Source: Escherichia coli
GTDB taxonomy: Bacteria > Pseudomonadota > Gammaproteobacteria > Enterobacterales > Enterobacteriaceae
Assembly (NCBI RefSeq): GCF_013122565.1
Contig: NZ_CP053258.1
DNA length: 64,000 bases
Direction: 5' to 3' (one strand)
In this document: positions 45,533-58,796 of the stretch, in pieces
Layout: every line of letters begins with the position of its first letter
How positions within the stretch are numbered: the first letter of the stretch is position 1
Program-made: the position numbers and the translations under genes
Notes under the pieces: model-generated
Seen by the model: the letters and a program-made list of their open reading frames with translations, nothing else
Databases searched by the model: none
What the model was told of the DNA's origin: nothing

Positions 45533-46297
45533 ATGAATAACTCCCCCCGCTACCCGCAGCGCGTTCGCAATGATCTGCGCTTCCGTGAACTGACTGTGCT
45601 ACGCGTTGAGCGTATCAGCGCCGGTTTTCAGCGCATTGTCCTTGGCGGCGAGGCGCTGGACGGTTTTACATCGCGCGGCTTTGACGATCACAGCAAACTC
45701 TTCTTTCCTCAACCTGACGCTCACTTTGTGCCGCCAACGGTAACGGAAGAGGGCATCGTCTGGCCGGAAGGACCACGCCCACCGTCGCGTGACTATACGC
45801 CACTGTATGACGAACTACGCCATGAACTGGCGATTGATTTCTTTATTCACGAAGGCGGCGTCGCCAGTAGCTGGGCAATGCAGGCGCAACCGGGCGATAA
45901 ACTCACGGTGGCAGGTCCGCGCGGTTCGCTGGTGGTGCCGGAAGATTACGCGTATCAGCTGTATGTCTGCGATGAATCCGGAATGCCCGCACTGCGCCGC
46001 CGCCTGGAAACGTTGAGCAAACTTGCCGTTACACCGCAAGTTAGCGCGCTGGTTAGCGTGCGGGATAACGCCTGTCAGGATTATCTCGCGCACCTTGATG
46101 GTTTTAATATCGAATGGCTGGCGCATGATGAGCAGGCGGTAGATGCGCGTCTGGCGCAGATGCAAATCCCTGCCGATGATTACTTCATCTGGATAACCGG
46201 CGAAGGCAAAGTTGTTAAGAATTTAAGCCGCCGCTTTGAAGCGGAACAGTATGACCCACAGCGGGTACGTGCAGCGGCTTACTGGCACGCAAAGTAA
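45533..46297 (+). CDS. yqjH: NADPH-dependent ferric-siderophore reductase, 254 aa
   Basis: 254-aa ORF; FAD-binding siderophore-interacting family; synteny. Confidence 0.85.
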   Translation: MNNSPRYPQRVRNDLRFRELTVLRVERISAGFQRIVLGGEALDGFTSRGFDDHSKLFFPQPDAHFVPPTVTEEGIVWPEGPRPPSRDYTPLYDELRHELAIDFFIHEGGVASSWAMQAQPGDKLTVAGPRGSLVVPEDYAYQLYVCDESGMPALRRRLETLSKLAVTPQVSALVSVRDNACQDYLAHLDGFNIEWLAHDEQAVDARLAQMQIPADDYFIWITGEGKVVKNLSRRFEAEQYDPQRVRAAAYWHAK

Positions 46298-46305
46298 CTG
46301 ATATA

Positions 46306-46342
46306 TAAAAAGAAAAAGGCTGACGATTTCTCGTCAGCCTTT
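46306..46342. terminator. Stem-loop between yqjH and ileX
   Basis: aaaaaggctgacga tttc tcgtcagccttt: perfect 9-bp stem with flanking A/T runs. Confidence 0.6.
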
Positions 46343-46350
46343 GCTATATC

Positions 46351-46426
46351 TGGTGGCCCCTGCTGGACTTGAACCAGCGACCAAGCGATTATGAGTCGCC
46401 TGCTCTAACCACTGAGCTAAGGGGCC
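46351..46426 (-). tRNA. ileX: tRNA-Ile2 (CAU anticodon, lysidine-modified)
   Basis: Minus-strand 76-nt sequence ggccccttagctcagtggttagagcaggcgactCATaatcgcttggtcgctggttcaagtccagcaggggccacca: cloverleaf, CAU anticodon, 3' CCA. Confidence 0.9.
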
Positions 46427-46550
46427 ATGGTAGCGGATTATAAAGTAACTCCGTGTCGCAATCCAGCCATTACCGCGCGCCTGCTGTTTTTATAAACAAT
46501 GTATTTTCAATCCGTTATACTTTTCCTGGTGATGTTAGAAAGGAGTAAAT

Positions 46551-47057
46551 ATGGTTGAGGATATTTTGGCTCCAGGGTTACGGGTCGTGTTTTGCGGTAT
46601 CAACCCTGGGCTTTCATCCGCCGGGACTGGTTTTCCCTTTGCTCATCCGGCAAATCGCTTCTGGAAGGTGATATATCAGGCCGGGTTTACCGACCGTCAG
46701 TTGAAGCCGCAGGAGGCACAGCATCTGCTGGATTATCGTTGTGGCGTCACCAAACTGGTTGACAGGCCAACGGTGCAAGCCAGTGAAGTTTCAAAGCAGG
46801 AGTTGCACGCAGGTGGGCGTAAGTTGATTGAAAAAATTGAGGATTATCAGCCGCAGGCGTTGGCGATTCTGGGCAAACAAGCATATGAACAGGGATTCAG
46901 CCAGCGCGGTGCACAGTGGGGGAAACAAACGCTCACCATTGGTTCGACGCAGATTTGGGTGCTGCCAAATCCCAGCGGTTTAAGTCGCGTTTCACTGGAG
47001 AAACTGGTTGAAGCGTATCGCGAGCTGGACCAGGCGCTGGTGGTGCGTGGGCGATAA
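46551..47057 (+). CDS. mug: G/U mismatch-specific DNA glycosylase, 168 aa
   Basis: 168-aa ORF with GINPG motif near the N-terminus; synteny. Confidence 0.9.
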   Translation: MVEDILAPGLRVVFCGINPGLSSAGTGFPFAHPANRFWKVIYQAGFTDRQLKPQEAQHLLDYRCGVTKLVDRPTVQASEVSKQELHAGGRKLIEKIEDYQPQALAILGKQAYEQGFSQRGAQWGKQTLTIGSTQIWVLPNPSGLSRVSLEKLVEAYRELDQALVVRGR

Positions 47058-47061
47058 AAAA

Positions 47062-47086
47062 CGCCACCGAAAAGGTGGCGTTTGTG
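47062..47086. terminator. Stem-loop after mug
   Basis: aaaaaacgccacc gaaaa ggtggcgtttgt: 7-bp stem plus T-run. Confidence 0.6.
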
Positions 47087-47097
47087 CAAAGAGACAG

Positions 47098-47132
47098 GTG
47101 CCGGGTGCGGCGTAACGCCTGATCCGGCCTAC
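47098..47132. repeat. REP element between mug and the rpoD 3' end
   Basis: gtgccgggtgcggcgtaacgcctgatccggcctac. Confidence 0.6.
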
Positions 47133-47135
47133 CGA

Positions 47136-48977
<1,842 letters not shown>

Positions 48978-49171
48978 AAGACGGTATCCACACTTATTTC
49001 ATGAGGTTGGTGTTGGGCGATTGACCCGATGTCCTTCAGCCGTTAACGCTGAAATCCAACGGTTGTTTACCGCCAACGATAATTACGAGGGCGTACTTAT
49101 ATATTTGCCGCTGCCTCTCAGTGCGGCTGTCGGGGGCTTCCCGATCGCTATTCGGCACTTAAGCCGTTAAA

Positions 49172-50917
49172 TCACTTTTTCGCCAGCTCCTGGTTTAATG
49201 TCCAGAGCTCCAGGCGTTCTTCGTTGCTTAAACCATGCGTGCGCTCACGAGCGATTAACTCTTCCTGGCGCAGTTCAAGCAGCGAATCAAACATATGGTT
49301 GAGTGAGTCGGTGAAGGTTTGCTCAGCAATATTCTTATCTGCTATATCGTCCCACATCGACAGTTTTTCAAGGGTGGCAGCATTATTTGTACCACGATAG
49401 TGCTCTAAAAGTTGCCCGGTGGTCAGACCTGGCTGGGAGAGACAAGTGTTGACCAGTTCTCTGAATAAGCCAAGTCCAGGGAGCTTATTTTCATCCAGAT
49501 TCTCAAGCGGCGGGACCAACGTCGCTAATTCTGGATTTTGCACCAGCAACCCTATAAGTATACGCATGGTCGTGCGTTTTAGCTGCGGAACAGGGCGAGA
49601 AACGCCGCTCTCTGCCGCTTTTGGCATTAATCGTTCAAGCTGGCTGTCATCAAGTATGCCTAATTTGTTGCCTAATTCCTGACGAAGATATATTCGCAGC
49701 GTTTCGCCCGGCACTTGCGATATCAATGGCAGTGCCAGCGTACTCAAACGTGCGCGCCCGTCAGGGGTACTCAGATCAACTTGCGGCATCAGGCTGTTAA
49801 ACAGAAATGTGGAAAGCGGCATCGCCTGCTCCATCCGCGCTTCAAACGCCTCTTTACCTTCTTTGCGCACCAGCGTGTCAGGGTCTTCGCCATCAGGCAA
49901 AAACATAAAGCGTAGCTGACGGCCGTCTGTCATGTAAGGCAGCGCCGTTTCCAGCGCTCGCCATGCGGCATCACGGCCTGCACGGTCGCCGTCATAACAG
50001 CAAATGACATTGTTGGTCGCGCGGAACAACAGTTGTATGTGATCGGCGGTGGTTGACGTACCTAACGACGCAACGGCGTAATTAATGCCGTATTGCGCCA
50101 GCGCCACCACGTCCATATAGCCTTCGACCACAAGCAGACGATTGGGTTCAGCGTTATCCTGCTGCGCTTCATAAAGACCGTAAAGCTGGCGGCCTTTATG
50201 GAAAATGTCTGTTTCCGGCGAGTTCAGGTATTTGGGGGTATCGTTGCCCAGCACACGCCCGCCAAAACCAATCACCCGACCGCGTTTATCGCGAATGGGG
50301 AACATCACCCGCTCGCGGAAACGATCGTAACTGCGTCCCTGATCGTTAGTGACCAACATCCCCGCATCAATCAATGACTGGCGATTTTCTGGATTGCCGC
50401 CAAACCGCTTCAGGACGTTGTCCCAGCCGGGGGGCGCAAAACCAATCGCAAAGCGAGCGATAACCTCGTGGCTTAATCCGCGTTTTTCCAGATACTGGCG
50501 CGCAGACGTGGCAACAGGTTGCTGTAAAGATTGTTGGTAAAACGTATTCAGACCGTCCATCAACTGATAAAGCGTTTGCCGCTGATGGCGTTCGATCTGG
50601 CTGGGGCCGCTGCCTGCTTCAAATGGCACTTCAAGATTGTGCATTGCCGCCAGCTCTTCGACCGTTTCGACGAACTCAAGCTTGTCGTAGTTCATCAGGA
50701 AGTCAATCGCGTTGCCGTGCGCACCACATCCAAAGCAGTGGTAAAACTGTTTCTCACCGTTAACGGTGAATGACGGGGTTTTCTCGTTGTGGAATGGACA
50801 ACACGCGTGGAAATTCTTGCCCTGCTTTTTCAGCTTAACACGGGCATCGATCAGATCGACGATGTCAGTGCGTGCCAGCAGATCATTAATGAATACGCGT
50901 GGGATTCGTCCAGCCAT
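49172..50917 (-). CDS. dnaG: DNA primase, 581 aa
   Basis: 581-aa ORF with zinc-binding CHC2 motif (CCPFHNEKTPSF...CFGCGAHG) and TOPRIM domain. Confidence 0.95.
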   Translation of the reverse strand: MAGRIPRVFINDLLARTDIVDLIDARVKLKKQGKNFHACCPFHNEKTPSFTVNGEKQFYHCFGCGAHGNAIDFLMNYDKLEFVETVEELAAMHNLEVPFEAGSGPSQIERHQRQTLYQLMDGLNTFYQQSLQQPVATSARQYLEKRGLSHEVIARFAIGFAPPGWDNVLKRFGGNPENRQSLIDAGMLVTNDQGRSYDRFRERVMFPIRDKRGRVIGFGGRVLGNDTPKYLNSPETDIFHKGRQLYGLYEAQQDNAEPNRLLVVEGYMDVVALAQYGINYAVASLGTSTTADHIQLLFRATNNVICCYDGDRAGRDAAWRALETALPYMTDGRQLRFMFLPDGEDPDTLVRKEGKEAFEARMEQAMPLSTFLFNSLMPQVDLSTPDGRARLSTLALPLISQVPGETLRIYLRQELGNKLGILDDSQLERLMPKAAESGVSRPVPQLKRTTMRILIGLLVQNPELATLVPPLENLDENKLPGLGLFRELVNTCLSQPGLTTGQLLEHYRGTNNAATLEKLSMWDDIADKNIAEQTFTDSLNHMFDSLLELRQEELIARERTHGLSNEERLELWTLNQELAKK

Positions 50918-51027
50918 AGGCCCCGATTTTTAGCAATTCATAAACGAAAATAAGCCGCGCATTCCTTTCGGAAGCACGGCCTTACAACTACAACTCGGTC
51001 TGATCGGAGAGCAACGCTCTCGGGGAA

Positions 51028-51282
<255 letters not shown>

Positions 51283-51480
51283 TCAACGCCAGCTTATTTC
51301 AAAATGGTGCGGAATTTTACTGCAATTGCTGCTGCTTTGTAAAGCACCGCGGCCTTTTTTGAAAGGGACTTTTATAAGGGTGAGGAGTATACACGAGGCT
51401 TTCTCCAGGGGCGAACAAAGTTTTACATCAACCCGCATTGGTCCTACACTGCGCGGTAATAAAGCGAGGTAAAACAAGTC

Positions 51481-52494
51481 ATGCGTGTACTGGGTATTGA
51501 AACTTCCTGCGATGAAACCGGCATCGCCATTTACGACGATGAAAAAGGTTTGTTAGCCAACCAATTGTATAGTCAGGTGAAATTGCACGCTGACTACGGT
51601 GGCGTCGTGCCTGAACTGGCCTCCCGCGATCATGTGCGTAAAACCGTACCGTTGATCCAGGCGGCGCTAAAGGAGTCTGGTTTAACGGCAAAAGACATTG
51701 ATGCTGTGGCCTATACCGCAGGCCCTGGATTAGTCGGGGCGCTGCTGGTTGGCGCGACCGTGGGGCGTTCTCTGGCGTTTGCCTGGGACGTTCCGGCAAT
51801 CCCGGTACATCATATGGAAGGGCATCTGTTAGCGCCGATGCTGGAAGATAACCCGCCGGAATTTCCGTTTGTCGCGCTGCTGGTTTCCGGCGGTCATACG
51901 CAGTTAATCAGCGTGACTGGCATTGGTCAGTACGAGTTGCTCGGCGAGTCTATCGATGATGCTGCTGGTGAAGCGTTTGACAAAACCGCGAAGCTGCTGG
52001 GGCTGGATTATCCTGGCGGGCCGTTACTGTCGAAAATGGCGGCTCAGGGTACTGCCGGGCGCTTTGTCTTCCCGCGTCCGATGACCGACCGTCCGGGGCT
52101 GGATTTCAGCTTCTCCGGCCTGAAAACCTTCGCGGCAAATACCATTCGTGACAACGGCACCGACGACCAGACGCGTGCTGATATCGCCCGCGCCTTTGAA
52201 GATGCGGTGGTCGATACGTTGATGATTAAGTGTAAGCGTGCGCTGGATCAGACGGGCTTTAAGCGACTGGTCATGGCCGGCGGCGTGAGTGCTAACCGCA
52301 CGTTACGGGCGAAGCTGGCTGAAATGATGAAAAAACGCCGCGGCGAAGTGTTCTACGCGCGTCCGGAATTTTGTACTGATAACGGCGCGATGATCGCCTA
52401 TGCCGGAATGGTGCGGTTTAAAGCAGGCGCGACGGCGGATCTCGGTGTTAGCGTGCGTCCGCGCTGGCCGCTGGCGGAGTTACCGGCTGCGTAA
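51481..52494 (+). CDS. tsaD: tRNA N6-adenosine threonylcarbamoyltransferase, 337 aa
   Basis: 337-aa [22 protein letters not shown]... (Kae1/YgjD family); divergent from rpsU. Confidence 0.95.
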
Positions 52495-52503
52495 AACTAT
52501 TGG

Positions 52504-52527
52504 GTGCCGGAGAGCAATTTCCGGCAC
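52504..52527. terminator. Bidirectional stem-loop between convergent tsaD and ttdT
   Basis: gtgccgga gagcaatt tccggcac: perfect 8-bp stem. Confidence 0.55.
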
Positions 52528-52536
52528 CGTCCTCAC

Positions 52537-54000
52537 TTAAAGCAACACCACGGGCATCCACAGTAAGCCGGTAATCACCAGCAACACGAGGAATATCAGC
52601 CCAAAAATCGCCCCCAGTCGCCAGTAATCCGCCGTTGGCAGATAACCACTACCGTAGTAAATCGGACTGGGTCCGGTGGCGTATGGTGTAAGAATGCTCC
52701 CCAGACCAATTGCCGCGCCAACCATCAGGCAGAACACCGGCAGCGGGATTTCCGGCATCGCCAGCGCGGCGGCGATCATCATCGGTGCGAGGGCGGAAGT
52801 ATACGCCGTGGCGCTGGCAAAAAAGTAGCGCAGTAGATAAAACACCACAATCAACGCCACCATCACCATCGTTGGCGAATAACCGCTTAAGCTGCCTGCT
52901 AACAGTTTGCCAAACCAGCTAATAAAACCGGTGTTGTTGAGTCCGGTAGCGAGGGTGATAAGCGAGGCCAGCCAGAAGAAAACGTTCCACGCCGCTTTAT
53001 TACTGACAATGTCGTCCCAACTGATAATGCGCAGAAGCAGCATCAGCGCCACCACGCTGTAACCGACCATCGCGGCATCGATATAATCACCGCCGAAAAT
53101 CCACAGCACCAGCGCGCCTACCATCAGCCCCAGCATCCGTTTTTCACGCGAACAGAGCGGGCCCATTGCCTGCAGTTCCGTCTCTGCCCAGCGCGGCACC
53201 TGATCGCCTGACTTCAGTACTGGCGGATACAGCACGTAAGCCAGCCAGGGAACCAGCAGGACCAGTAAAATACTGAGCGGCAACATCCCGAGGAACCAGT
53301 CGCCCCAACTTAGCGTGGCGTGAGATGCACTTTTCATCAGTCCAATTAACAGCAAGTTAGGTGCCATCGCTGTCAGGAAAATGGCGCTGGTCACGCAGTC
53401 GGCAACAATCCCCATCCACATGATGTACGAGCCAATGCTGCGCGAACTGCTGTCGTTTGGCTGTGATTGATAGAGCGGCGGCAGGTTACGGATGATGGGA
53501 TAGATAATCCCCGCACCACGCGCCGAGTTGGACGGTGTTACAGGTGCCAGGATCAGCTCGGAGAACATCACCGCATAGCCGAGAAACAGCGTGCGATGCC
53601 CCATCTTTTTCACCAGAATCAGCGCAATGCGGCGTCCAAGCCCGGTTTTTTCATAGCCTGTGCCAAACATAAAGGCGGCGAAAATGAGCCAGATAACCGA
53701 ATTAGAAAAACCAGAAACTGCCCACGAGAGGGATTTGGCGGTGAACTTAAAACCTGGCTGGGCGAGCTGCTCCGGGCTGAACAGCAGCCAGGGAGAGAGA
53801 ATGGCGATGATGGAGATACCCACCATCGCCACCACGGCACCCGGCACGGGTTCGAGGATCAGTCCAACGATCACGCCAGTAAAAACGGCAAAGTAGAGCC
53901 AGGTATGATTCTCCAGCCCTGCGGGAACCGGAAGTAGAGCAATAATGGCGATGACCGCCAGCGGCGCAAGATATCGCCACCATTCAGTGGAAGGTTTCAT
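52537..54000 (-). CDS. ttdT: L-tartrate/succinate antiporter (DASS family), 487 aa
   Basis: 487-aa polytopic ORF; downstream of ttdAB. Confidence 0.85.
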   Translation of the reverse strand: MKPSTEWWRYLAPLAVIAIIALLPVPAGLENHTWLYFAVFTGVIVGLILEPVPGAVVAMVGISIIAILSPWLLFSPEQLAQPGFKFTAKSLSWAVSGFSNSVIWLIFAAFMFGTGYEKTGLGRRIALILVKKMGHRTLFLGYAVMFSELILAPVTPSNSARGAGIIYPIIRNLPPLYQSQPNDSSSRSIGSYIMWMGIVADCVTSAIFLTAMAPNLLLIGLMKSASHATLSWGDWFLGMLPLSILLVLLVPWLAYVLYPPVLKSGDQVPRWAETELQAMGPLCSREKRMLGLMVGALVLWIFGGDYIDAAMVGYSVVALMLLLRIISWDDIVSNKAAWNVFFWLASLITLATGLNNTGFISWFGKLLAGSLSGYSPTMVMVALIVVFYLLRYFFASATAYTSALAPMMIAAALAMPEIPLPVFCLMVGAAIGLGSILTPYATGPSPIYYGSGYLPTADYWRLGAIFGLIFLVLLVITGLLWMPVVLL

Positions 54001-54047
54001 CGTGTTATGCCTGCGAAAAAGGAGAGGGGTGAGCCTCTCCTTGAGGG

Positions 54048-54653
54048 TTATTTGATGTAATGGACGTGCTCGCAGATCTCTTCCACGATGGGATCGCGGC
54101 GTTCGGCGAACAGCTTTTTGTTTTCGGCTATCAGGTTGTTTCCGTGGGTATCAATAGAGACAATCAGCGGACCGAACTCTTTGACCCGGCAGACCCACAG
54201 CGACTCCGGCATCCCGAGTTCTGTCCAGTGCACTTCTTCAATCTCTTCTACCTGGGTTGCCGCCAGCACCGCGCAGCCTGCCGGGAAAATCACATGTAGC
54301 GCCTTGAATTTCTGGCAGCCTTCTTCGGTCAGCGGCCCCATTCCGCCTTTGCCAACCACCAGTTTCACGCCGGTCTGCTCGATAAATTCACGTTCAAAAC
54401 TTTCCATACGCATACTGGTTGTCGGACCGACGGAAACCATCTCCCATTTGTCGCCGTTTTTGCGCACGATGGGGCCAGCGTGGAAAATCGCTTTGCCGTT
54501 GAGATCGTAAGGGATCGGACGTTTCAGTTCGATCAATCGGCGGTGACAAACGTCACGGCAGGTCACCAGCGTACCGGTCAGATAGATCACATCGCCGACG
54601 TGAATATCTTGCAGATCTTCAGCTTTGATCGGGGTTGTCAGGATTTTTTTCAT
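54048..54653 (-). CDS. ttdB: L(+)-tartrate dehydratase beta subunit, 201 aa
   Basis: 201-aa ORF; start overlaps the ttdA stop (ATGA); fumarate hydratase class I C-terminal-like. Confidence 0.9.
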   Translation of the reverse strand: MKKILTTPIKAEDLQDIHVGDVIYLTGTLVTCRDVCHRRLIELKRPIPYDLNGKAIFHAGPIVRKNGDKWEMVSVGPTTSMRMESFEREFIEQTGVKLVVGKGGMGPLTEEGCQKFKALHVIFPAGCAVLAATQVEEIEEVHWTELGMPESLWVCRVKEFGPLIVSIDTHGNNLIAENKKLFAERRDPIVEEICEHVHYIK

Positions 54654-55561
54654 AACGCGCTCCGGGTGTGAGACAGATTTTCAAAGGTGAGATCGGCATG
54701 AACCAGCAGTGTGCCGCGACGATGCGCCCAGCAGCCGGTAGAAACAGCAACGCCGATGGTTGACGGATGGCGGGCGGCAGATTCGATATGCACGCCCATC
54801 ACTGAACTGTTGCCAGTCAGCCCTTGTGGACCAATCCCCAGACGGTTGAGTCCTTCTTCCAGGCGTAGCTCCAGCTCTGCCGCTTTTGGATTGGGGTGGC
54901 GGCTGCCAATCGGGCGCAAAATGGCTTTTCGCGAGAGCACGGCGGCGGTTTCCACCGAGGTGGCGATGCCCACGCCCACCAGTACCGGTGGACAGGCGTT
55001 TACGGCGAGGGTGGAGATATTTTCGAAGACGAATTTCACTACGCCTTCGTAGCCTTCTGACGGCATTAACACTTTCGAGCGGCCTGGTAGCGTGCAGCCG
55101 CCGCCTGCCATGTAAACTTCGATTTCCGCATCGTCACCGTCGGGGACGATATCCCAGGTGACCCACGGTACGCCGCTGCCGGTATTTTTGCCTGTGTTCA
55201 CTTCGTCAAAAATTTCTACCGCATTGTGACGCAGTGGCGCTTTGACGGTTGCCTCTTCCACGGCTTGTTTGAGTATGCTTTGCAGCTCGCCAAGCAGTGG
55301 GAAGCGGGAACCGACTTTAACGAAGAACATAATCTCCCCGGTGTCCTGACAGGCAGGACGATTCAGGTCAATCGCTTTTTGCATGTTGTCGAACATCGTA
55401 TGGTAGATAATTTTCCCCATCGACGACGTTTCGGCATCCTTTAGCTGTTTTAGTTTATCCACCACGTCATCAGGCATTCGGGTAGAAATCATGGCGGTAA
55501 AGTTAGCGACAATCTCCGTCAACTTATTCACTGCCTGTTGCTTATTACTTTCGCTCATCAT
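54650..55561 (-). CDS. ttdA: L(+)-tartrate dehydratase alpha subunit, 303 aa
   Basis: Start at [14 protein letters not shown] inside the 321-aa track ORF; synteny. Confidence 0.9.
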   Translation of the reverse strand: MMSESNKQQAVNKLTEIVANFTAMISTRMPDDVVDKLKQLKDAETSSMGKIIYHTMFDNMQKAIDLNRPACQDTGEIMFFVKVGSRFPLLGELQSILKQAVEEATVKAPLRHNAVEIFDEVNTGKNTGSGVPWVTWDIVPDGDDAEIEVYMAGGGCTLPGRSKVLMPSEGYEGVVKFVFENISTLAVNACPPVLVGVGIATSVETAAVLSRKAILRPIGSRHPNPKAAELELRLEEGLNRLGIGPQGLTGNSSVMGVHIESAARHPSTIGVAVSTGCWAHRRGTLLVHADLTFENLSHTRSAL

Positions 55562-55767
55562 GGCAACTCCAGTTTCTGTATTTGTCTGGAAAAATTCACC
55601 GCCACAAACTACCACTAAAAATGTGGTTTTATATTTTTTGCCACCGTGAATATGTAATTAACAGTTCGTGAATCAACGCGAAAATAAGAATGAATATTGC
55701 GCCAGAGCAGGGAATGGCAATGTTTTGCGAAATACACTGCGCTTATCACAACTGCGGATAATTAACG

Positions 55768-56700
55768 ATGCTGAATAGCTGGCCTTTAGCCAAAGACTTG
55801 CAGGTACTGGTAGAAATCGTCCACAGCGGGAGTTTTAGTGCTGCAGCGGCGACGCTTGGGCAAACGCCTGCATTTGTCACCAAGCGGATCCAAATCCTTG
55901 AAAATACGCTGGCAACAACGCTGCTGAACCGCTCCGCTCGCGGCGTGGCGCTGACTGAAAGTGGCCAACGTTGTTACGAACATGCGCTGGAAATCCTCAC
56001 CCAATATCAGCGACTGGTCGATGACGTCACGCAAATCAAAACGCGCCCGGAGGGGATGATTCGTATTGGTTGCAGTTTTGGTTTTGGGCGCAGCCATATT
56101 GCGCCAGCCATTACCGAACTGATGCGCAATTATCCTGAGTTACAGGTGCATTTTGAATTGTTCGATCGACAAATTGATTTAGTGCAGGATAATATTGATC
56201 TGGATATTCGTATTAATGACGAAATTCCTGATTATTATATTGCGCATCTTTTGACAAAAAATAAAAGAATATTATGCGCAGCACCTGAGTATCTGCAAAA
56301 ATATCCGCAGCCACAATCCCTACAGGAATTAAGTCGTCATGACTGTCTGGTGACCAAAGAGCGCGATATGACCCACGGAATATGGGAGTTGGGGAACGGT
56401 CAGGAGAAAAAATCGGTGAAGGTAAGCGGGCATCTTTCCTCCAATAGCGGCGAGATTGTGCTGCAATGGGCGCTGGAGGGCAAAGGGATTATGCTGCGTT
56501 CCGAGTGGGATGTGTTGCCGTTTCTGGAGAGTGGCAAACTGGTGCAAGTATTGCCGGAGTATGCACAAAGCGCCAATATCTGGGCTGTTTACCGGGAGCC
56601 GCTCTATCGCAGCATGAAATTACGTGTCTGCGTGGAATTTCTGGCGGCATGGTGCCAGCAACGGCTGGGCAAGCCCGATGAAGGCTATCAGGTCATGTAG
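55768..56700 (+). CDS. ttdR: LysR-family activator of ttdABT, 310 aa
   Basis: 310-aa ORF with LysR HTH ([26 protein letters not shown]); divergent from ttdA. Confidence 0.9.
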   Translation: MLNSWPLAKDLQVLVEIVHSGSFSAAAATLGQTPAFVTKRIQILENTLATTLLNRSARGVALTESGQRCYEHALEILTQYQRLVDDVTQIKTRPEGMIRIGCSFGFGRSHIAPAITELMRNYPELQVHFELFDRQIDLVQDNIDLDIRINDEIPDYYIAHLLTKNKRILCAAPEYLQKYPQPQSLQELSRHDCLVTKERDMTHGIWELGNGQEKKSVKVSGHLSSNSGEIVLQWALEGKGIMLRSEWDVLPFLESGKLVQVLPEYAQSANIWAVYREPLYRSMKLRVCVEFLAAWCQQRLGKPDEGYQVM

Positions 56701-56712
56701 ATCCACCAGAAA

Positions 56713-57330
56713 TCACTCGGGATCCTTTTCGCGCTTTCTTTTGAATTTCGTCCAGATTTTTGTCTCCTGACGACGCCACAGACGCTGAATGTTGTCATGA
56801 TGGCGCAGCAGGATCAGGCAAGAGAGCATCGAAACCGGGAAGGTGAATTGTGGCTTGAACCACCAGACATAAAACGGGGCAATCAGTGCGCTGACAATTG
56901 CCCCAAGCGACGAATAGCCACTTAATAACACGGTCAGTAACCAGGTTCCCGCCATTACTCCGGTGAGATCCCAGCCAATTGGTGCGATGGCACCAAAAGC
57001 GGTGGCAACACCTTTTCCCCCTTTAAAACCGAAGAATATGGGCCAGATGTGTCCAAGACAGGCGGCAATAGCAATTAATCCCAGCCAAAAGGGGCTGACA
57101 CCTAATTCATATGCTCCCCAGACAGGTAACATTCCTTTCAGAACGTCAAAGATCAGCACTGCTAAGGCTGCTCCTTTGCCACCCATGCGTAAAACGTTGG
57201 TTGCGCCAGGATTACCGGAGCCGCTGGTTCGCGGGTCGGGTAAGCCACACAGGCGGCAAACCAGAATGGCACTGGAAATGGAGCCGCAGAGGTACGCGAA
57301 GAGGATCATTCCAGGCGCGATTGCACTCAT
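56713..57330 (-). CDS. plsY: Glycerol-3-phosphate acyltransferase PlsY, 205 aa
   Basis: Start at [19 protein letters not shown] inside the 248-aa track ORF; membrane protein. Confidence 0.9.
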   Translation of the reverse strand: MSAIAPGMILFAYLCGSISSAILVCRLCGLPDPRTSGSGNPGATNVLRMGGKGAALAVLIFDVLKGMLPVWGAYELGVSPFWLGLIAIAACLGHIWPIFFGFKGGKGVATAFGAIAPIGWDLTGVMAGTWLLTVLLSGYSSLGAIVSALIAPFYVWWFKPQFTFPVSMLSCLILLRHHDNIQRLWRRQETKIWTKFKRKREKDPE

Positions 57331-57435
57331 AAGCTGTTCCGTTTTGAAAATGTCGTGTTTAACGATGAATCTGTGGATAATACGCACATTTCGCCGGAAG
57401 TGGTATCCGGTTAGCCAAAAAGCAGGCAGGACGTG

Positions 57436-57804
57436 ATGGATATTGTATTTATAGAGCAACTTTCGGTAATAACCACTATTGGTGTTTACGACTGGGAACA
57501 GACCATCGAACAGAAGTTAGTGTTCGATATCGAAATGGCGTGGGATAACCGTAAAGCAGCGAAAAGCGATGATGTTGCGGATTGTCTCAGCTACGCTGAT
57601 ATCGCAGAAACGGTAGTCAGCCATGTTGAGGGAGCGCGTTTTGCGCTGGTGGAGCGCGTGGCGGAAGAGGTGGCAGAATTACTGCTAACACGCTTTAACT
57701 CCCCGTGGGTACGTATCAAACTCAGTAAGCCAGGCGCGGTGGCACGTGCCACGAATGTCGGCGTCATTATTGAGCGTGGCAATAATCCTAAAGAAAATAA
57801 TTAA
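57436..57804 (+). CDS. folB: Dihydroneopterin aldolase, 122 aa
   Basis: [37 protein letters not shown]... Confidence 0.9.
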   Translation: MDIVFIEQLSVITTIGVYDWEQTIEQKLVFDIEMAWDNRKAAKSDDVADCLSYADIAETVVSHVEGARFALVERVAEEVAELLLTRFNSPWVRIKLSKPGAVARATNVGVIIERGNNPKENN

Positions 57805-57894
57805 TTTTACAGTTATAAAACCAAACGGCTATAACCGAGTCTTATTGCAGTATTTTTGACGAGCAATACATTTTTATTATTTAGGGGTTTATTG

Positions 57895-58716
57895 ATGAGC
57901 GATATGCACTCGCTGCTGATAGCGGCAATATTGGGTGTGGTCGAAGGATTGACAGAATTTCTGCCGGTATCCAGCACAGGCCACATGATTATTGTCGGTC
58001 ATTTGTTGGGATTTGAGGGAGACACGGCGAAAACCTTTGAAGTGGTGATCCAGCTTGGGTCAATTCTGGCTGTGGTTGTCATGTTCTGGCGACGTCTGTT
58101 TGGGCTGATAGGTATTCACTTTGGTCGCCCGTTGCAGCACGAAGGAGAAAGCAAAGGTCGTTTAACGCTGATCCACATTCTGCTTGGCATGATCCCGGCG
58201 GTGGTGCTGGGGTTGTTATTCCATGATGCTATCAAGTCCTTGTTTAACCCGATAAATGTGATGTATGCGCTGGTGGTTGGCGGTCTGTTGCTGATTGCCG
58301 CCGAATGCCTGAAGCCGAAAGAGCCGCGCGCACCGGGTCTGGATGATATGACCTATCGTCAGGCATTTATGATTGGCTGCTTCCAGTGTCTGGCGCTGTG
58401 GCCGGGTTTCTCCCGTTCCGGGGCGACCATTTCAGGCGGGATGCTGATGGGTGTGAGCCGTTACGCGGCTTCCGAGTTCTCGTTCCTGCTGGCGGTGCCG
58501 ATGATGATGGGCGCAACGGCGCTCGATCTCTACAAAAGCTGGGGCTTCCTGACAACCGGCGATATCCCGATGTTTGCCGTTGGGTTTATCACCGCTTTTG
58601 TGGTGGCGCTGATAGCGATTAAAACCTTCCTGCAATTGATTAAGCGCATTTCGTTTATCCCGTTCGCCATTTATCGCTTTATTGTGGCGGCTGCGGTGTA
58701 TGTTGTGTTCTTTTGA
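57895..58716 (+). CDS. uppP: Undecaprenyl-diphosphate phosphatase, 273 aa
   Basis: Start at [30 protein letters not shown] inside the track ORF; polytopic membrane protein. Confidence 0.9.
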   Translation: MSDMHSLLIAAILGVVEGLTEFLPVSSTGHMIIVGHLLGFEGDTAKTFEVVIQLGSILAVVVMFWRRLFGLIGIHFGRPLQHEGESKGRLTLIHILLGMIPAVVLGLLFHDAIKSLFNPINVMYALVVGGLLLIAAECLKPKEPRAPGLDDMTYRQAFMIGCFQCLALWPGFSRSGATISGGMLMGVSRYAASEFSFLLAVPMMMGATALDLYKSWGFLTTGDIPMFAVGFITAFVVALIAIKTFLQLIKRISFIPFAIYRFIVAAAVYVVFF

Positions 58717-58732
58717 TTGAGGGATAGTGTCG

Positions 58733-58790
58733 GATATGACGCATGTGCGTCTTATCCGACCTGAACGGTGTTTGCAATATATTGAAATTC
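58733..58790. repeat. REP-like element with A/T-rich core after uppP
   Basis: gtcggatatgacgcatgtgcgtcttatccgacc followed by tgcaatatattgaaattcaa, the same core as in the 5806–5912 element. Confidence 0.5.
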
Positions 58791-58796
58791 AAGTGC

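Noticed and set aside
50918-51027. Exact placement of the rpsU–dnaG internal terminator and the rpoD heat-shock promoter
   Set aside because: These are known to exist in this operon, but no clean hairpin or consensus could be placed confidently by eye, so no coordinates are asserted.
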